From Promethearchaeota archaeon (GTDB taxonomy: Archaea; Asgardarchaeota; Lokiarchaeia; Sigyniarchaeales; SOKP01): a stretch of 11,703 nucleotides of DNA. The notes beneath the pieces are model-generated. The model saw nothing but the letters and a program-made list of their open reading frames with translations. It was not told where the DNA came from and did no database searches. The position numbers and the translations under genes are program-made. Below are positions 1 through 7,754 of this stretch, one piece after another. Location of the stretch: NCBI GenBank assembly GCA_048940645.1, contig JBHLOI010000086.1, forward strand, positions 1 through 11,703. Reading direction: 5' to 3'. The first letter of the stretch is position 1, and each line of letters opens with the position of its first letter.

Positions 1-642
1 TTCTTGATAAATTTCAGCAAGTTTAGAAAGATAATAAGAATCATTTGTTTGTAAGTAATGAGAAATATAACCACCTAACCCATTTGGATTTTTTACCCAT
101 TCTAAAAACATTTCTACTTCTGCTTTTAACGTAGGGTCAATAGTAGGAATTTTTGATGGATAAGCATATGTATTATATTGTTCTGAAGAAGTTTCACTAA
201 TAGTTTTTGTTTTAGTTTCTTTAGAAATATCTATGTCCGTTTTAATAAATTCAGATTTTGAGCCTTTTTTTAACATAGCTGCAGCTCTAACAACAGCAGG
301 ATACGCTAAATGCTCCCACCCTTTTGCTTTAGCTTTAATATGAGCAATCATATAATTTTCACCATCAGGGGTAGTAGCTCCAATAAGTTGCCCCTTTTTA
401 TGACGATTGGTTGCTATAAAACGCTCTGGCTCCATTTGGACAATAGAATAACGGATGGAGTTTACAGTAACAGATTGTGCAGAACCACTAGCCCAACTGG
501 ATAATAAATTACGTATATCACTTTTAATGTTCCAATTTTTTGTTGAATATAGCAATTTTCCATTCTTACTAATTATCGCTACTGATTCAGCATCTTTATA
601 GTGTTTTTGTAAATTATTAACAACAGTTTTAAAATTTACCAT
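1..642 (-). CDS. Profilin-like domain protein with a C-terminal helical extension (3' end runs off the window)
   Basis: Not in the ORF track; translated by hand. ATG at 642, then 214 codons with no stop down to base 1: MVNFKTVVNNLQKHYKDAESVAIISKNGKLLYSTKNWNIKSDIRNLLSSWASGSAQSVTVNSIRYSIVQMEPERFIATNRHKKGQLIGATTPDGENYMIAHIKAKAKGWEHLAYPAVVRAAAMLKKG, then a K/T/S/E-rich linker, then IDPTLKAEVEMFLEWVKNPNGLGGYISHYLQTNDSYYLSKLAEIYQE. The segments AII..NG.LLYST.NW.I, I.Y.IV....ER.IATN and KG.LI match the Asgard profilin pattern as I recall it. Confidence 0.8.
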   Translation of the reverse strand, partial: MVNFKTVVNNLQKHYKDAESVAIISKNGKLLYSTKNWNIKSDIRNLLSSWASGSAQSVTVNSIRYSIVQMEPERFIATNRHKKGQLIGATTPDGENYMIAHIKAKAKGWEHLAYPAVVRAAAMLKKGSKSEFIKTDIDISKETKTKTISETSSEQYNTYAYPSKIPTIDPTLKAEVEMFLEWVKNPNGLGGYISHYLQTNDSYYLSKLAEIYQE

Positions 643-671
643 AAAATTCACTTTTTTTTTTAATTATAATT

Positions 672-2027
672 TTATTTACTCATATCTATCCAAGTATCCA
701 CTTTATCTAATAATTCAAGTTTTTCTTTATAACTTAATCCTAGATTTGGTTTAGCACGTTGATAAATGTTAGCATATTTACTTAAATCCCATAAATAATT
801 AAGATGCAAAACCATGCTTTTAATGTAATTACGGGCAATTTCAAAAGCTTTACCTATCGAACGTAAATCGTAATCTTGTTTTATTATAGCTTTCAATACT
901 GATAGAATTTCAATTATATTGCTAGTAGGTATTACTGGAAGTGCTTTAATCTCTACAGTTGGACGCTCTATAAATCTGGGCTCAAACTTCTCTCTTCTTG
1001 GTTCTTCTTTCACAATGGTTTTTTCTTCCTTTTTAGGATGGTATAACCTCTCTCTTCCTATAAAAACAGAATCTTCCAATTCTTTTTTTGTTCTTCTTCT
1101 AAATTGATCAGGCCACCCCACAAATGAAGTTAGATTTTCCTCTGCAGAAATTAAAATTGATTCCTTCAACGTTTTTTCAGGAGGGGGTTTTACTTGTTGT
1201 GTAATTGAGTTTGGCATTTTTATTTTTAACCAAATATTTGCTTGATCTATTAATGAATATAAATATATTGGATCAAATTCTATCGTGGAGTAAATTTCAT
1301 TTAATTTTCTAATAGTTTCTCTAATTTCAAGAAGTTCTGAATTTGTAAAATGTTCAATTAAAAATTTGTATACGCGCAACGAAATTCCATTCAAACCTGC
1401 CACCGATTCTAAATATCTTAATTTTATTTCAGGTTTCATATCATCAGAAATAAGGATCATATTGAAGAAATCCCAATGAGCACTTAGAATCATATGTCCT
1501 GTCTTATCAAATTTAAATTTATTGGGATCGCGAATACTATCCATAAATTCCAAGATTATATCCTTATACGGTATAAATAAATTTCTCATTAAAGTCCCTT
1601 GGATAAATGTTTTTTTGTTTTCTGACTTAAATGAGAAATCGATTGGTGTTTTAAATATATTCTCTCCAACGATTACGTCTCGATCATTTTGGAGAGTAAT
1701 ATTTTTTGATTTTGCTAATTGATCATATACAAAATCAGGTAGTAATAACCCAGTTAAAGGTCTATTATCAGTAATATATCTCCCCGTTTGAACTTCAAAC
1801 TTCGTATAGTAATATCCTAAACCAAAAAGATAATATATTGTACCTCTAAAGGTTTTAACAGCGCCTTCAACACCACCAAAAAAGATTACTAGATCTTGAG
1901 AAATATTTAGCACATCATGATTAGCATATCGACCTAAAGTCGGATATCCAAGTAATTTTCCCCAACTTGGAATTACTAAAAAAATATTATTATTTATCAA
2001 ACCTTTTTTTAATGGAACTTTGGGCAT
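672..2027 (-). CDS. Hypothetical protein, 451 aa (globular N-terminal region, charged/Pro-rich linker, small helical C-terminal domain)
   Basis: Long ORF with an ATG start. Only 29 nt separate it from the co-oriented profilin-like gene. No catalytic motif recognised. Confidence refers to it being coding. Confidence 0.85.
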   Translation of the reverse strand: MPKVPLKKGLINNNIFLVIPSWGKLLGYPTLGRYANHDVLNISQDLVIFFGGVEGAVKTFRGTIYYLFGLGYYYTKFEVQTGRYITDNRPLTGLLLPDFVYDQLAKSKNITLQNDRDVIVGENIFKTPIDFSFKSENKKTFIQGTLMRNLFIPYKDIILEFMDSIRDPNKFKFDKTGHMILSAHWDFFNMILISDDMKPEIKLRYLESVAGLNGISLRVYKFLIEHFTNSELLEIRETIRKLNEIYSTIEFDPIYLYSLIDQANIWLKIKMPNSITQQVKPPPEKTLKESILISAEENLTSFVGWPDQFRRRTKKELEDSVFIGRERLYHPKKEEKTIVKEEPRREKFEPRFIERPTVEIKALPVIPTSNIIEILSVLKAIIKQDYDLRSIGKAFEIARNYIKSMVLHLNYLWDLSKYANIYQRAKPNLGLSYKEKLELLDKVDTWIDMSK

Positions 2028-2223
2028 ATCAATCTAATGATCAATTATTATCCTTTACTAATAATTATAGATGAGTGTATTAATAATCCTTTACATATTT
2101 GGTAAGATTATTATATAAAATATATTTTTTAATTTTAAGCTTAGAGAATAATAAAAAAAAGAATAAATAGTTACAATAATTCTTATAGAAACAGATAATA
2201 CAATAATTTACGCTTATTTTCTT

Positions 2224-3438
2224 ATGCAATCAACGGGTAGAGATGAAAGAAGAAGGAAGGATATGAAAGATGAGGAATATCTCACCAATTATATTAGTCA
2301 TTTAGAGATTAGGATAAAGGATCTTGAAAATGAAAGACGCTCATTAAAAACAGAATGTTTGAAATTGGAACACGACTTACACACATTAAGAAATGAGATG
2401 AGCCATTTAAGAGAGGCTCCTTTAATTACTGGGATATTAACAGATATCTTGGATGAGAAAAAAGAAAGAGTAATTATAAATATTTCTACAGGATCTAGCT
2501 TTATAGTAAATACTAGTAAGAATGTAAGGAAGAATCAGTTAAAACCTGGATTAAATGTGGCGTTAAATCAAAATACATATTCTGTTATGGAAATATTGCC
2601 AATGAATTTAGAACCAATTATTAGGGGGATGGAATTAGTTGATTCTATACCAGACATTTCATATAATGATATTGGAGGATTGGATGAACAAATAGAGGAA
2701 ATAAGAGAAACTGTTGAATTGCCTTTAATAAAACCTGAACTATTTAAGAAAATAGGCATAGATCCTCCAAAGGGAGTTCTACTTCATGGTCCTCCTGGCA
2801 CAGGAAAGACATTATTAGCAAAAGCTGTTGCTCATGAAACTAAAGCAACATTCATTAGAGTAATTGCATCTGAATTGGTACAAAAGTTTATTGGAGAAGG
2901 CGCTCGTTATGTTAGAGAAATTTTTAGTTTAGCACGAAAAAAAGCTCCATCAATATTATTTATTGATGAATTAGATGCTATAGCAGCTGAAAGAATGGAA
3001 GATGCCACTTCTGGAGATCGAGAGGTTCAAAGAACAATGATGCAACTTCTAAGTGAGCTGGATGGTTTTAATGAGAGAGGAAATGTTAAATTTATTGGTG
3101 CAACTAACCGGATAGATATTTTGGATCGAGCACTATTAAGACCTGGAAGATTTGATAGAATAATAGAATTACCAATTCCTAATGAAGAATCAAGGCGACA
3201 AATTTTTAGAATTCATACAAGATTTTTAAATATTGGAGACAATGTTAATTTTAAAGAGTTAGTAAGGCTAACTTCAGATGCTACAGGAGCTGATATTAAA
3301 TCAATTTGTACTGAAGCAGGGATGTTTGCAATTAGAAGGGATTCAGATACAGTTAAAAATGAAGATTTCTTAAAAGCAATCCCTAAAATTATGAAAAAAA
3401 TACAAAAAAAAATAGATAGATTAGATTTCTTTGGTTAA
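2224..3438 (+). CDS. pan: Proteasome-activating nucleotidase (PAN/Rpt-family AAA+ ATPase)
   Basis: N-terminal coiled coil followed by EAPLITG and an OB domain; YNDIGGL; Walker A GPPGTGKT; pore loop KFIGEG; Walker B FIDELD; GDREVQRTMMQLLSELDGF; second region of homology ATNRIDILDRALLRPGRFDR; GADIKSICTEAGMFAIR. The start could be ATG 2263, which follows AAGGAAGG. Confidence 0.97.
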   Translation: MQSTGRDERRRKDMKDEEYLTNYISHLEIRIKDLENERRSLKTECLKLEHDLHTLRNEMSHLREAPLITGILTDILDEKKERVIINISTGSSFIVNTSKNVRKNQLKPGLNVALNQNTYSVMEILPMNLEPIIRGMELVDSIPDISYNDIGGLDEQIEEIRETVELPLIKPELFKKIGIDPPKGVLLHGPPGTGKTLLAKAVAHETKATFIRVIASELVQKFIGEGARYVREIFSLARKKAPSILFIDELDAIAAERMEDATSGDREVQRTMMQLLSELDGFNERGNVKFIGATNRIDILDRALLRPGRFDRIIELPIPNEESRRQIFRIHTRFLNIGDNVNFKELVRLTSDATGADIKSICTEAGMFAIRRDSDTVKNEDFLKAIPKIMKKIQKKIDRLDFFG

Positions 3439-3590
3439 ATACAATCTGTTATTTCCATTTTTAGTTTTAAAGCTTTGTTTTTCCTCTTCTTGTTCTATAT
3501 TTGGCATAATACATTGATTAAATAAATTAAATTTTTAAAGGCATTTCCTATTAATTAATCAGTAATCAAGTAATAAGAGGAGATTTTAAA

Positions 3591-3722
3591 TTGAAGAAAT
3601 TAGCAGAGAAGTTGAAAAAAATTGAATATGAATTGCCAAAATGGACAAGGGAGCTGTTGTATGAACATTTAATGGAAGTTTGTCAAGATATAGAAGAAAA
3701 AAGACAGCTAAAAGCAAATTAA
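3591..3722 (+). CDS. Putative 43-aa small helical protein
   Basis: TTG start 8 nt after GAGGAG (3577-3582), TAA at 3720-3722. MKKLAEKLKKIEYELPKWTRELLYEHLMEVCQDIEEKRQLKAN. Purine-rich, coding-like composition in an otherwise empty gap; below the size cut-off of the ORF track. Confidence 0.6.
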   Translation: MKKLAEKLKKIEYELPKWTRELLYEHLMEVCQDIEEKRQLKAN

Positions 3723-3812
3723 GAATAAAATTTTTACTATAAATTTAGAAAGCATTTGATATTACACTTGATCCTGTTAACAGCTTTCTAATAATGATTG
3801 GTCTAAACATCA

Positions 3813-3820
3813 TTTATATA
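3813..3820 (+). promoter_or_regulatory. Candidate archaeal TATA box (TTTATATA) for the first zinc-ribbon membrane protein gene
   Basis: Consensus-like TTTATATA about 40 nt upstream of ATG 3861. The AT-rich background limits specificity. Confidence 0.35.
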
Positions 3821-3860
3821 TCTTTTTCAATTAGATAAACATAAATCTAAACTTTATGAG

Positions 3861-4709
3861 ATGATTAAATTGTCACATATGCATGTTAATAACAAATTCT
3901 ACGAATTTGGCAAATATATTCGAATTGTAGCAATTGCGACGATATTAAGTATTATTCCATTTATATCTTTTGCTGGTATGGTTTTAACATTTATTTTTGT
4001 CATTATCGCATCAGTTCATTTGCTTGCTATAAATAGACAATTAAAAGATGTCACTTTGGGTGAATTTCGTTCAAAATGGTTAAAAGGTGTTATCATTAGG
4101 ATAATTGGAATGTTTATTATCAATGTATGTTTCGCTATTGTTCTTACAATGATAAGGAGAAGAGGTATAATGGGTGTAATTGAATTAATTACTACTGGTT
4201 GGTCATATCCTTATCCTAATCCAGCATTAGCCCTATTAATTGGGGTTGGTGTAACATTTTTTATAGGTTTTATACTTGTTATAGTAGGTTCATCTAAAGA
4301 AATGAGTGCTTGGAGACTTTTTTACAATTTTCTCAAGGAAAATGAGACTTTGTTTCCAAAAATGATCTCTGCAAGCACTATGGAAGGAGCTGAGAAATGC
4401 CGTACTGGAGCTTTAATGTTTACTTTAAGCTTTTTGATTATTACACCCATCATTGGTTATATTTTTCAAGCTATTGGATATTTCAAGATAGCTTCACTTA
4501 TCAAATTAGGAGAGCCTTATCCAGATTTAGAACCGGTACTACCTATATCTGTGCCAATTTCAAAACCAAAGCTTATACCAAAACCAGAACCAGAATCTAT
4601 ATCAATAGCATCTTCAGAGGATATAATTAATTTCTGTTCTCTTTGTGGAGAAAAAGTACCTCCTAATGCTAAATTTTGTGGATCTTGTGGTTCTTCATTG
4701 ATAAATTAA
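3861..4709 (+). CDS. Multi-pass membrane protein with C-terminal zinc ribbon (DUF973/DUF996-like), paralog 1
   Basis: Several hydrophobic segments, Pro-rich linker (PYPDLEPVLPISVPISKPKLIPKPEP), terminal FCSLCG-x8-FCGSCG double CxxC ribbon. The DUF family assignment is tentative. Confidence 0.85.
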   Translation: MIKLSHMHVNNKFYEFGKYIRIVAIATILSIIPFISFAGMVLTFIFVIIASVHLLAINRQLKDVTLGEFRSKWLKGVIIRIIGMFIINVCFAIVLTMIRRRGIMGVIELITTGWSYPYPNPALALLIGVGVTFFIGFILVIVGSSKEMSAWRLFYNFLKENETLFPKMISASTMEGAEKCRTGALMFTLSFLIITPIIGYIFQAIGYFKIASLIKLGEPYPDLEPVLPISVPISKPKLIPKPEPESISIASSEDIINFCSLCGEKVPPNAKFCGSCGSSLIN

Positions 4710-4739
4710 TAAAAACAGCGTCAAGAACCTTTTAATCTA

Positions 4740-4755
4740 TTTTTTTCTTTTTTCT
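4740..4755 (+). terminator. Oligo-T tract, candidate archaeal intrinsic terminator
   Basis: TTTTTTTCTTTTTTCT about 30 nt after the stop at 4709. Confidence 0.4.
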
Positions 4756-4861
4756 ATTAAAATTTTTTACTCATATTCAAAACTTATTTTAGACAAAAAT
4801 TTATCCCTTAAAATTATATGTTATGTTATCTTAAAAAATCAAAAAAGTAATTAGATTAGCA

Positions 4862-5668
4862 ATGTCAAATTATAATTTAGAAATGGGATGGATTAGCTTT
4901 GGAAAATATTTTCGGATTATAGCTATTTTTTGGATTTTTATTCTGATTCCATATTTTGCATTTTTAGTTGTAAGTATTCAGTTTATCTTTATAGTTATAG
5001 CTCTAAGCGAAATTAAAAATATAAATCGACAATTATCCAACTTAAATCTTGGGAGATTTTTTTCAAAGTGTTTGACGGGAAATACTATCAAAGTAATTGG
5101 ACTCATAGTGGTCAATGTAGGTGGTATAATCATAATTGGAAGATTTTTATCTGGACAATTTAATATTATCTTCTTTTATTACGGATTATTCTCTTTTAAT
5201 TTTCTTTGGATGTACCCTATTATAACAGCAATAGTTGTTGTCGGTTTTATATTTACAATTATTGGGTGTGGTATTGAAAAGGGTGCCTGGGAGAATTTAA
5301 ATATTTTTCTAAATCAAAATAATAAAATGTTTCCCGTTAGGACAGCTATAGATACAATAGAAGGGACAAATAAATTAAGTAGGGCAGCTTTATTATGGGC
5401 ACTTGGTTTTTTAATTGTTCCCATAATAATTGGATGGATCTTCTATATTATTGGTTATTTTAGGTTGGCAAAATTTAGTATTTGGCCTTCAACAATGCAA
5501 TTACCACCAACTATTGCTCCAGAATCAAAGCCAGCGTCTACTTCTGTATCTGAACCTATAAATGTTATAATTTATTGCCCACATTGTGGGTCAGAACTCA
5601 ATGAAGAAGGTAGATATTGTGGGATTTGTGGTTCACCTCTTCATGAAAATTCTAATCTAGTTCAATAA
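4862..5668 (+). CDS. Multi-pass membrane protein with C-terminal zinc ribbon (DUF973/DUF996-like), paralog 2
   Basis: Colinear with the upstream gene (FGKY.RI.AI, INRQL...LG.F.SK, AW, FP, IIG.IF..IGYF..A). Pro/Ser linker and terminal YCPHCG-x8-YCGICG. Confidence 0.85.
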   Translation: MSNYNLEMGWISFGKYFRIIAIFWIFILIPYFAFLVVSIQFIFIVIALSEIKNINRQLSNLNLGRFFSKCLTGNTIKVIGLIVVNVGGIIIIGRFLSGQFNIIFFYYGLFSFNFLWMYPIITAIVVVGFIFTIIGCGIEKGAWENLNIFLNQNNKMFPVRTAIDTIEGTNKLSRAALLWALGFLIVPIIIGWIFYIIGYFRLAKFSIWPSTMQLPPTIAPESKPASTSVSEPINVIIYCPHCGSELNEEGRYCGICGSPLHENSNLVQ

Positions 5669-5864
5669 CTTTAATTGTCTCATCTATTATTTCTACATTT
5701 TTCATCAATCTTTCGAACTCTCCTTCTCACTACTCTTATATCTAGATTTCAATTCAAATTATTAAATAAATTAAGCGAATATTAATGAATTGAAAATAAT
5801 TTTTAATATTTATTAACCTTATATTCATAACTTATTAATCAATTTTTGTAACTTAAGATAAAAG

Positions 5865-6452
5865 ATGGAATGGTTTAGAAATCTTCTCTCAAGAATCACT
5901 TCTAGTGTAGAAAATAATTTTAAGAGAGAATCAGATTATATCCAAATGAGACTTTTAGTAGAAGATATTACTGATGATTTTGAAAAGAAATTAAAATTAA
6001 AAACTGAGGATAGTATCTTGTACGCTGATATTAGAGAAGCTAAAGAAGAAGACATTAAAAGTATAGTAAATCTGTATAATTTAGCATGGCATTCAACTTC
6101 AATGCCATATCATACATTGAATGAGAATAATCTAAATGAGATGATGGAGGATCCTGATATTGTTTTTTTAATTGCTCAAGTAGATTCTATAGATAGTGGA
6201 TTTGCTCTTATTTATTATGCTGGGCAAAATAATGAAATGGGAGTAATTGCAGGATTGGGGGTTATTCCGGAATTGCAGCATAAAGGATTGGGTACGATCT
6301 TAGGGTTAGCAGTGTGGAGTTATTTCAAGAAAAGAGGTGTTAAAGAATTAAGGTGTAAGGTGTATAAAAAAAATAATGTATCCTATTCATTTATTAAAGG
6401 ACTTAAATTTGAAGAATATGAAGATGATGTGGTTACATGGAAATTTCAATAA
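5865..6452 (+). CDS. GNAT-family N-acetyltransferase
   Basis: IREAKEEDI first strand; motif A LGVIPELQHKGLG (Q-x-x-G-x-G); motif B VYKKNNVSYSFIKGLKF. Confidence 0.92.
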   Translation: MEWFRNLLSRITSSVENNFKRESDYIQMRLLVEDITDDFEKKLKLKTEDSILYADIREAKEEDIKSIVNLYNLAWHSTSMPYHTLNENNLNEMMEDPDIVFLIAQVDSIDSGFALIYYAGQNNEMGVIAGLGVIPELQHKGLGTILGLAVWSYFKKRGVKELRCKVYKKNNVSYSFIKGLKFEEYEDDVVTWKFQ

Positions 6453-6629
6453 TTATTTTTCCAAATTTTATTAGTTCATCACCACAAATATTAGTTATAT
6501 TTAAATTTTTTTGTTTTTGGAACTTTTGTCACATCTACTTGTATATCACATGGTTTTAAAAAAAATTATAATCAATTAAAAACGTTAAATTAATGAATTT
6601 CTATAATTATCTTACTTGTAGCATGTATT

Positions 6630-6767
6630 ATGAGTGATCGAAAACCAGAAAAAGAACCAGAGATTTGGCTAAAATATTGTGAAGATTGCGTGAAAAGTGT
6701 ATTATCTTCATCTGAAGACAATAATGATGACTTTTCTGGTGATAAACAAGATGAGTCCGAGAAATAA
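6630..6767 (+). CDS. Putative 45-aa small acidic protein with a CxxC motif
   Basis: ATG 6630 to TAA 6765-6767: MSDRKPEKEPEIWLKYCEDCVKSVLSSSEDNNDDFSGDKQDESEK. Higher GC and purine content than its flanks, and it fills the intergenic gap. Confidence 0.55.
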   Translation: MSDRKPEKEPEIWLKYCEDCVKSVLSSSEDNNDDFSGDKQDESEK

Positions 6768-6841
6768 CTTAAGTTTTAGCTTGTATTAAAAATGCTAATA
6801 AAATTTCTCATTTTTTTAATTAGCTTAAATTTAAGTTCTAT

Positions 6842-7546
6842 CTATATTAAACTTATTATATCATGTAATGTACCTTTATAATCTGGTTCAGGTATCTCCG
6901 AATCTAATTTTGTATTTGAACTATAGACTAAAAATGTTTGACATCCAACATTTTTTGCGATCATATCTTTATCTTCATCTCCAACCATTAAACAATCCTT
7001 GGCAGAATAACCCAAATAATCAATAATATGACTATAATAAGTAAGATTGGGTTTATTTGCTCGAGAGTTTTCTATTGTGGTAATTAACTTATAATTAAAA
7101 TCTCCTACACCTGCCCAATTAAGTCTTTGTTGTATTGCAGTTAAAGGGAGAACTGGTGTAGTTGCAATGACTACATCATATCCTTTTTTGAAAACAGCAT
7201 TCATTACTGAATGTGCTTCGGGTTTTTTACTTGTGTATTTACGTAATTTTGAAAATGTAGTTTCATAAAATTTATCAAACAGTGGTTGAATCTCTTCAAT
7301 ACTATATCCTTCAATTGGAAAAAAATTTTCAAGAAAGACCTGTTTATTTGTTTTATGTCCGTTGTTTTTGTTAACAGCTTCTGAAGCTTTTAAAAGTTTA
7401 GTAATTACTTTATTAGGCCGAACTAAATGTGAGATAGAACTTGCTAAGAGCTTTAAATATCCTGGAATGAATTTTTTTAAGTCTATATTAATTAAAGTTC
7501 CATCTAAATCAAATAGGATTGCTTTTAGAGGGATATTTGACACCAA
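6842..7546 (-). CDS. HAD-superfamily hydrolase (subfamily IA-like phosphatase)
   Basis: Motif I AILFDLDGTL, motif II IATT, motif III KP, motif IV MVGDEDKD. The start is probably TTG 7546 or GTG 7543 rather than 7654, because motif I normally lies a few residues from the N-terminus. Confidence 0.93.
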   Translation of the reverse strand: MVSNIPLKAILFDLDGTLINIDLKKFIPGYLKLLASSISHLVRPNKVITKLLKASEAVNKNNGHKTNKQVFLENFFPIEGYSIEEIQPLFDKFYETTFSKLRKYTSKKPEAHSVMNAVFKKGYDVVIATTPVLPLTAIQQRLNWAGVGDFNYKLITTIENSRANKPNLTYYSHIIDYLGYSAKDCLMVGDEDKDMIAKNVGCQTFLVYSSNTKLDSEIPEPDYKGTLHDIISLI

Positions 7547-7754
7547 AGTATATATTTTAATTGCATAATAATCAAGAATTTTCTTTTGAAATAAAATATT
7601 CAATTTTGTATTTAATTTACTATTATACAAGGATTCATAAAGAATAAAATACAAAATAGCATTAATTTTTGGGATTAATAATAAATATTAATAAAATTCA
7701 ACTATTAAATATAATATAGTAAATTTCATAAAATCTAATTAGCTAATTACGAAT

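Noticed and set aside
310-504. 64-aa plus-strand ORF from the track
   Set aside because: Antisense shadow of the profilin-like gene; no recognisable features.
919-1722. Plus-strand ORFs 919-1107 and 1522-1722
   Set aside because: Both lie fully antisense within the 451-aa CDS and have the S/F/L/I-rich composition typical of shadow frames.
2568-2759. 63-aa minus-strand ORF
   Set aside because: Antisense to the conserved PAN gene.
3421-3507. 28-aa minus-strand ORF (MPNIEQEEEKQSFKTKNGNNRLYLTKEI) overlapping the PAN 3' end
   Set aside because: Very short with no clear ribosome-binding site; equally explained by a pyrimidine-rich terminator region on the plus strand.
4397-4630. 77-aa alternative-frame ORF
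   Set aside because: Nested out of frame in an intact membrane protein gene whose frame is supported by its paralog.
5652-5705. 17-aa minus-strand ORF (MKNVEIIDETIKVIELD) with AGGAG upstream
   Set aside because: Too short to distinguish from chance, and it overlaps the end of a real gene.
7547-7654. N-terminal extension of the HAD ORF given in the track
   Set aside because: AT-rich promoter-like sequence; HAD motif I placement favours a start at 7546 or 7543.
7736-7749. Perfect 14-bp palindrome TAATTAGCTAATTA just before the arrestin-like ATG (and TATAAATATTTATA at 9580-9593)
   Set aside because: A few such palindromes are expected by chance in 11.7 kb at this AT content, and the two share no motif. 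An operator role cannot be excluded.
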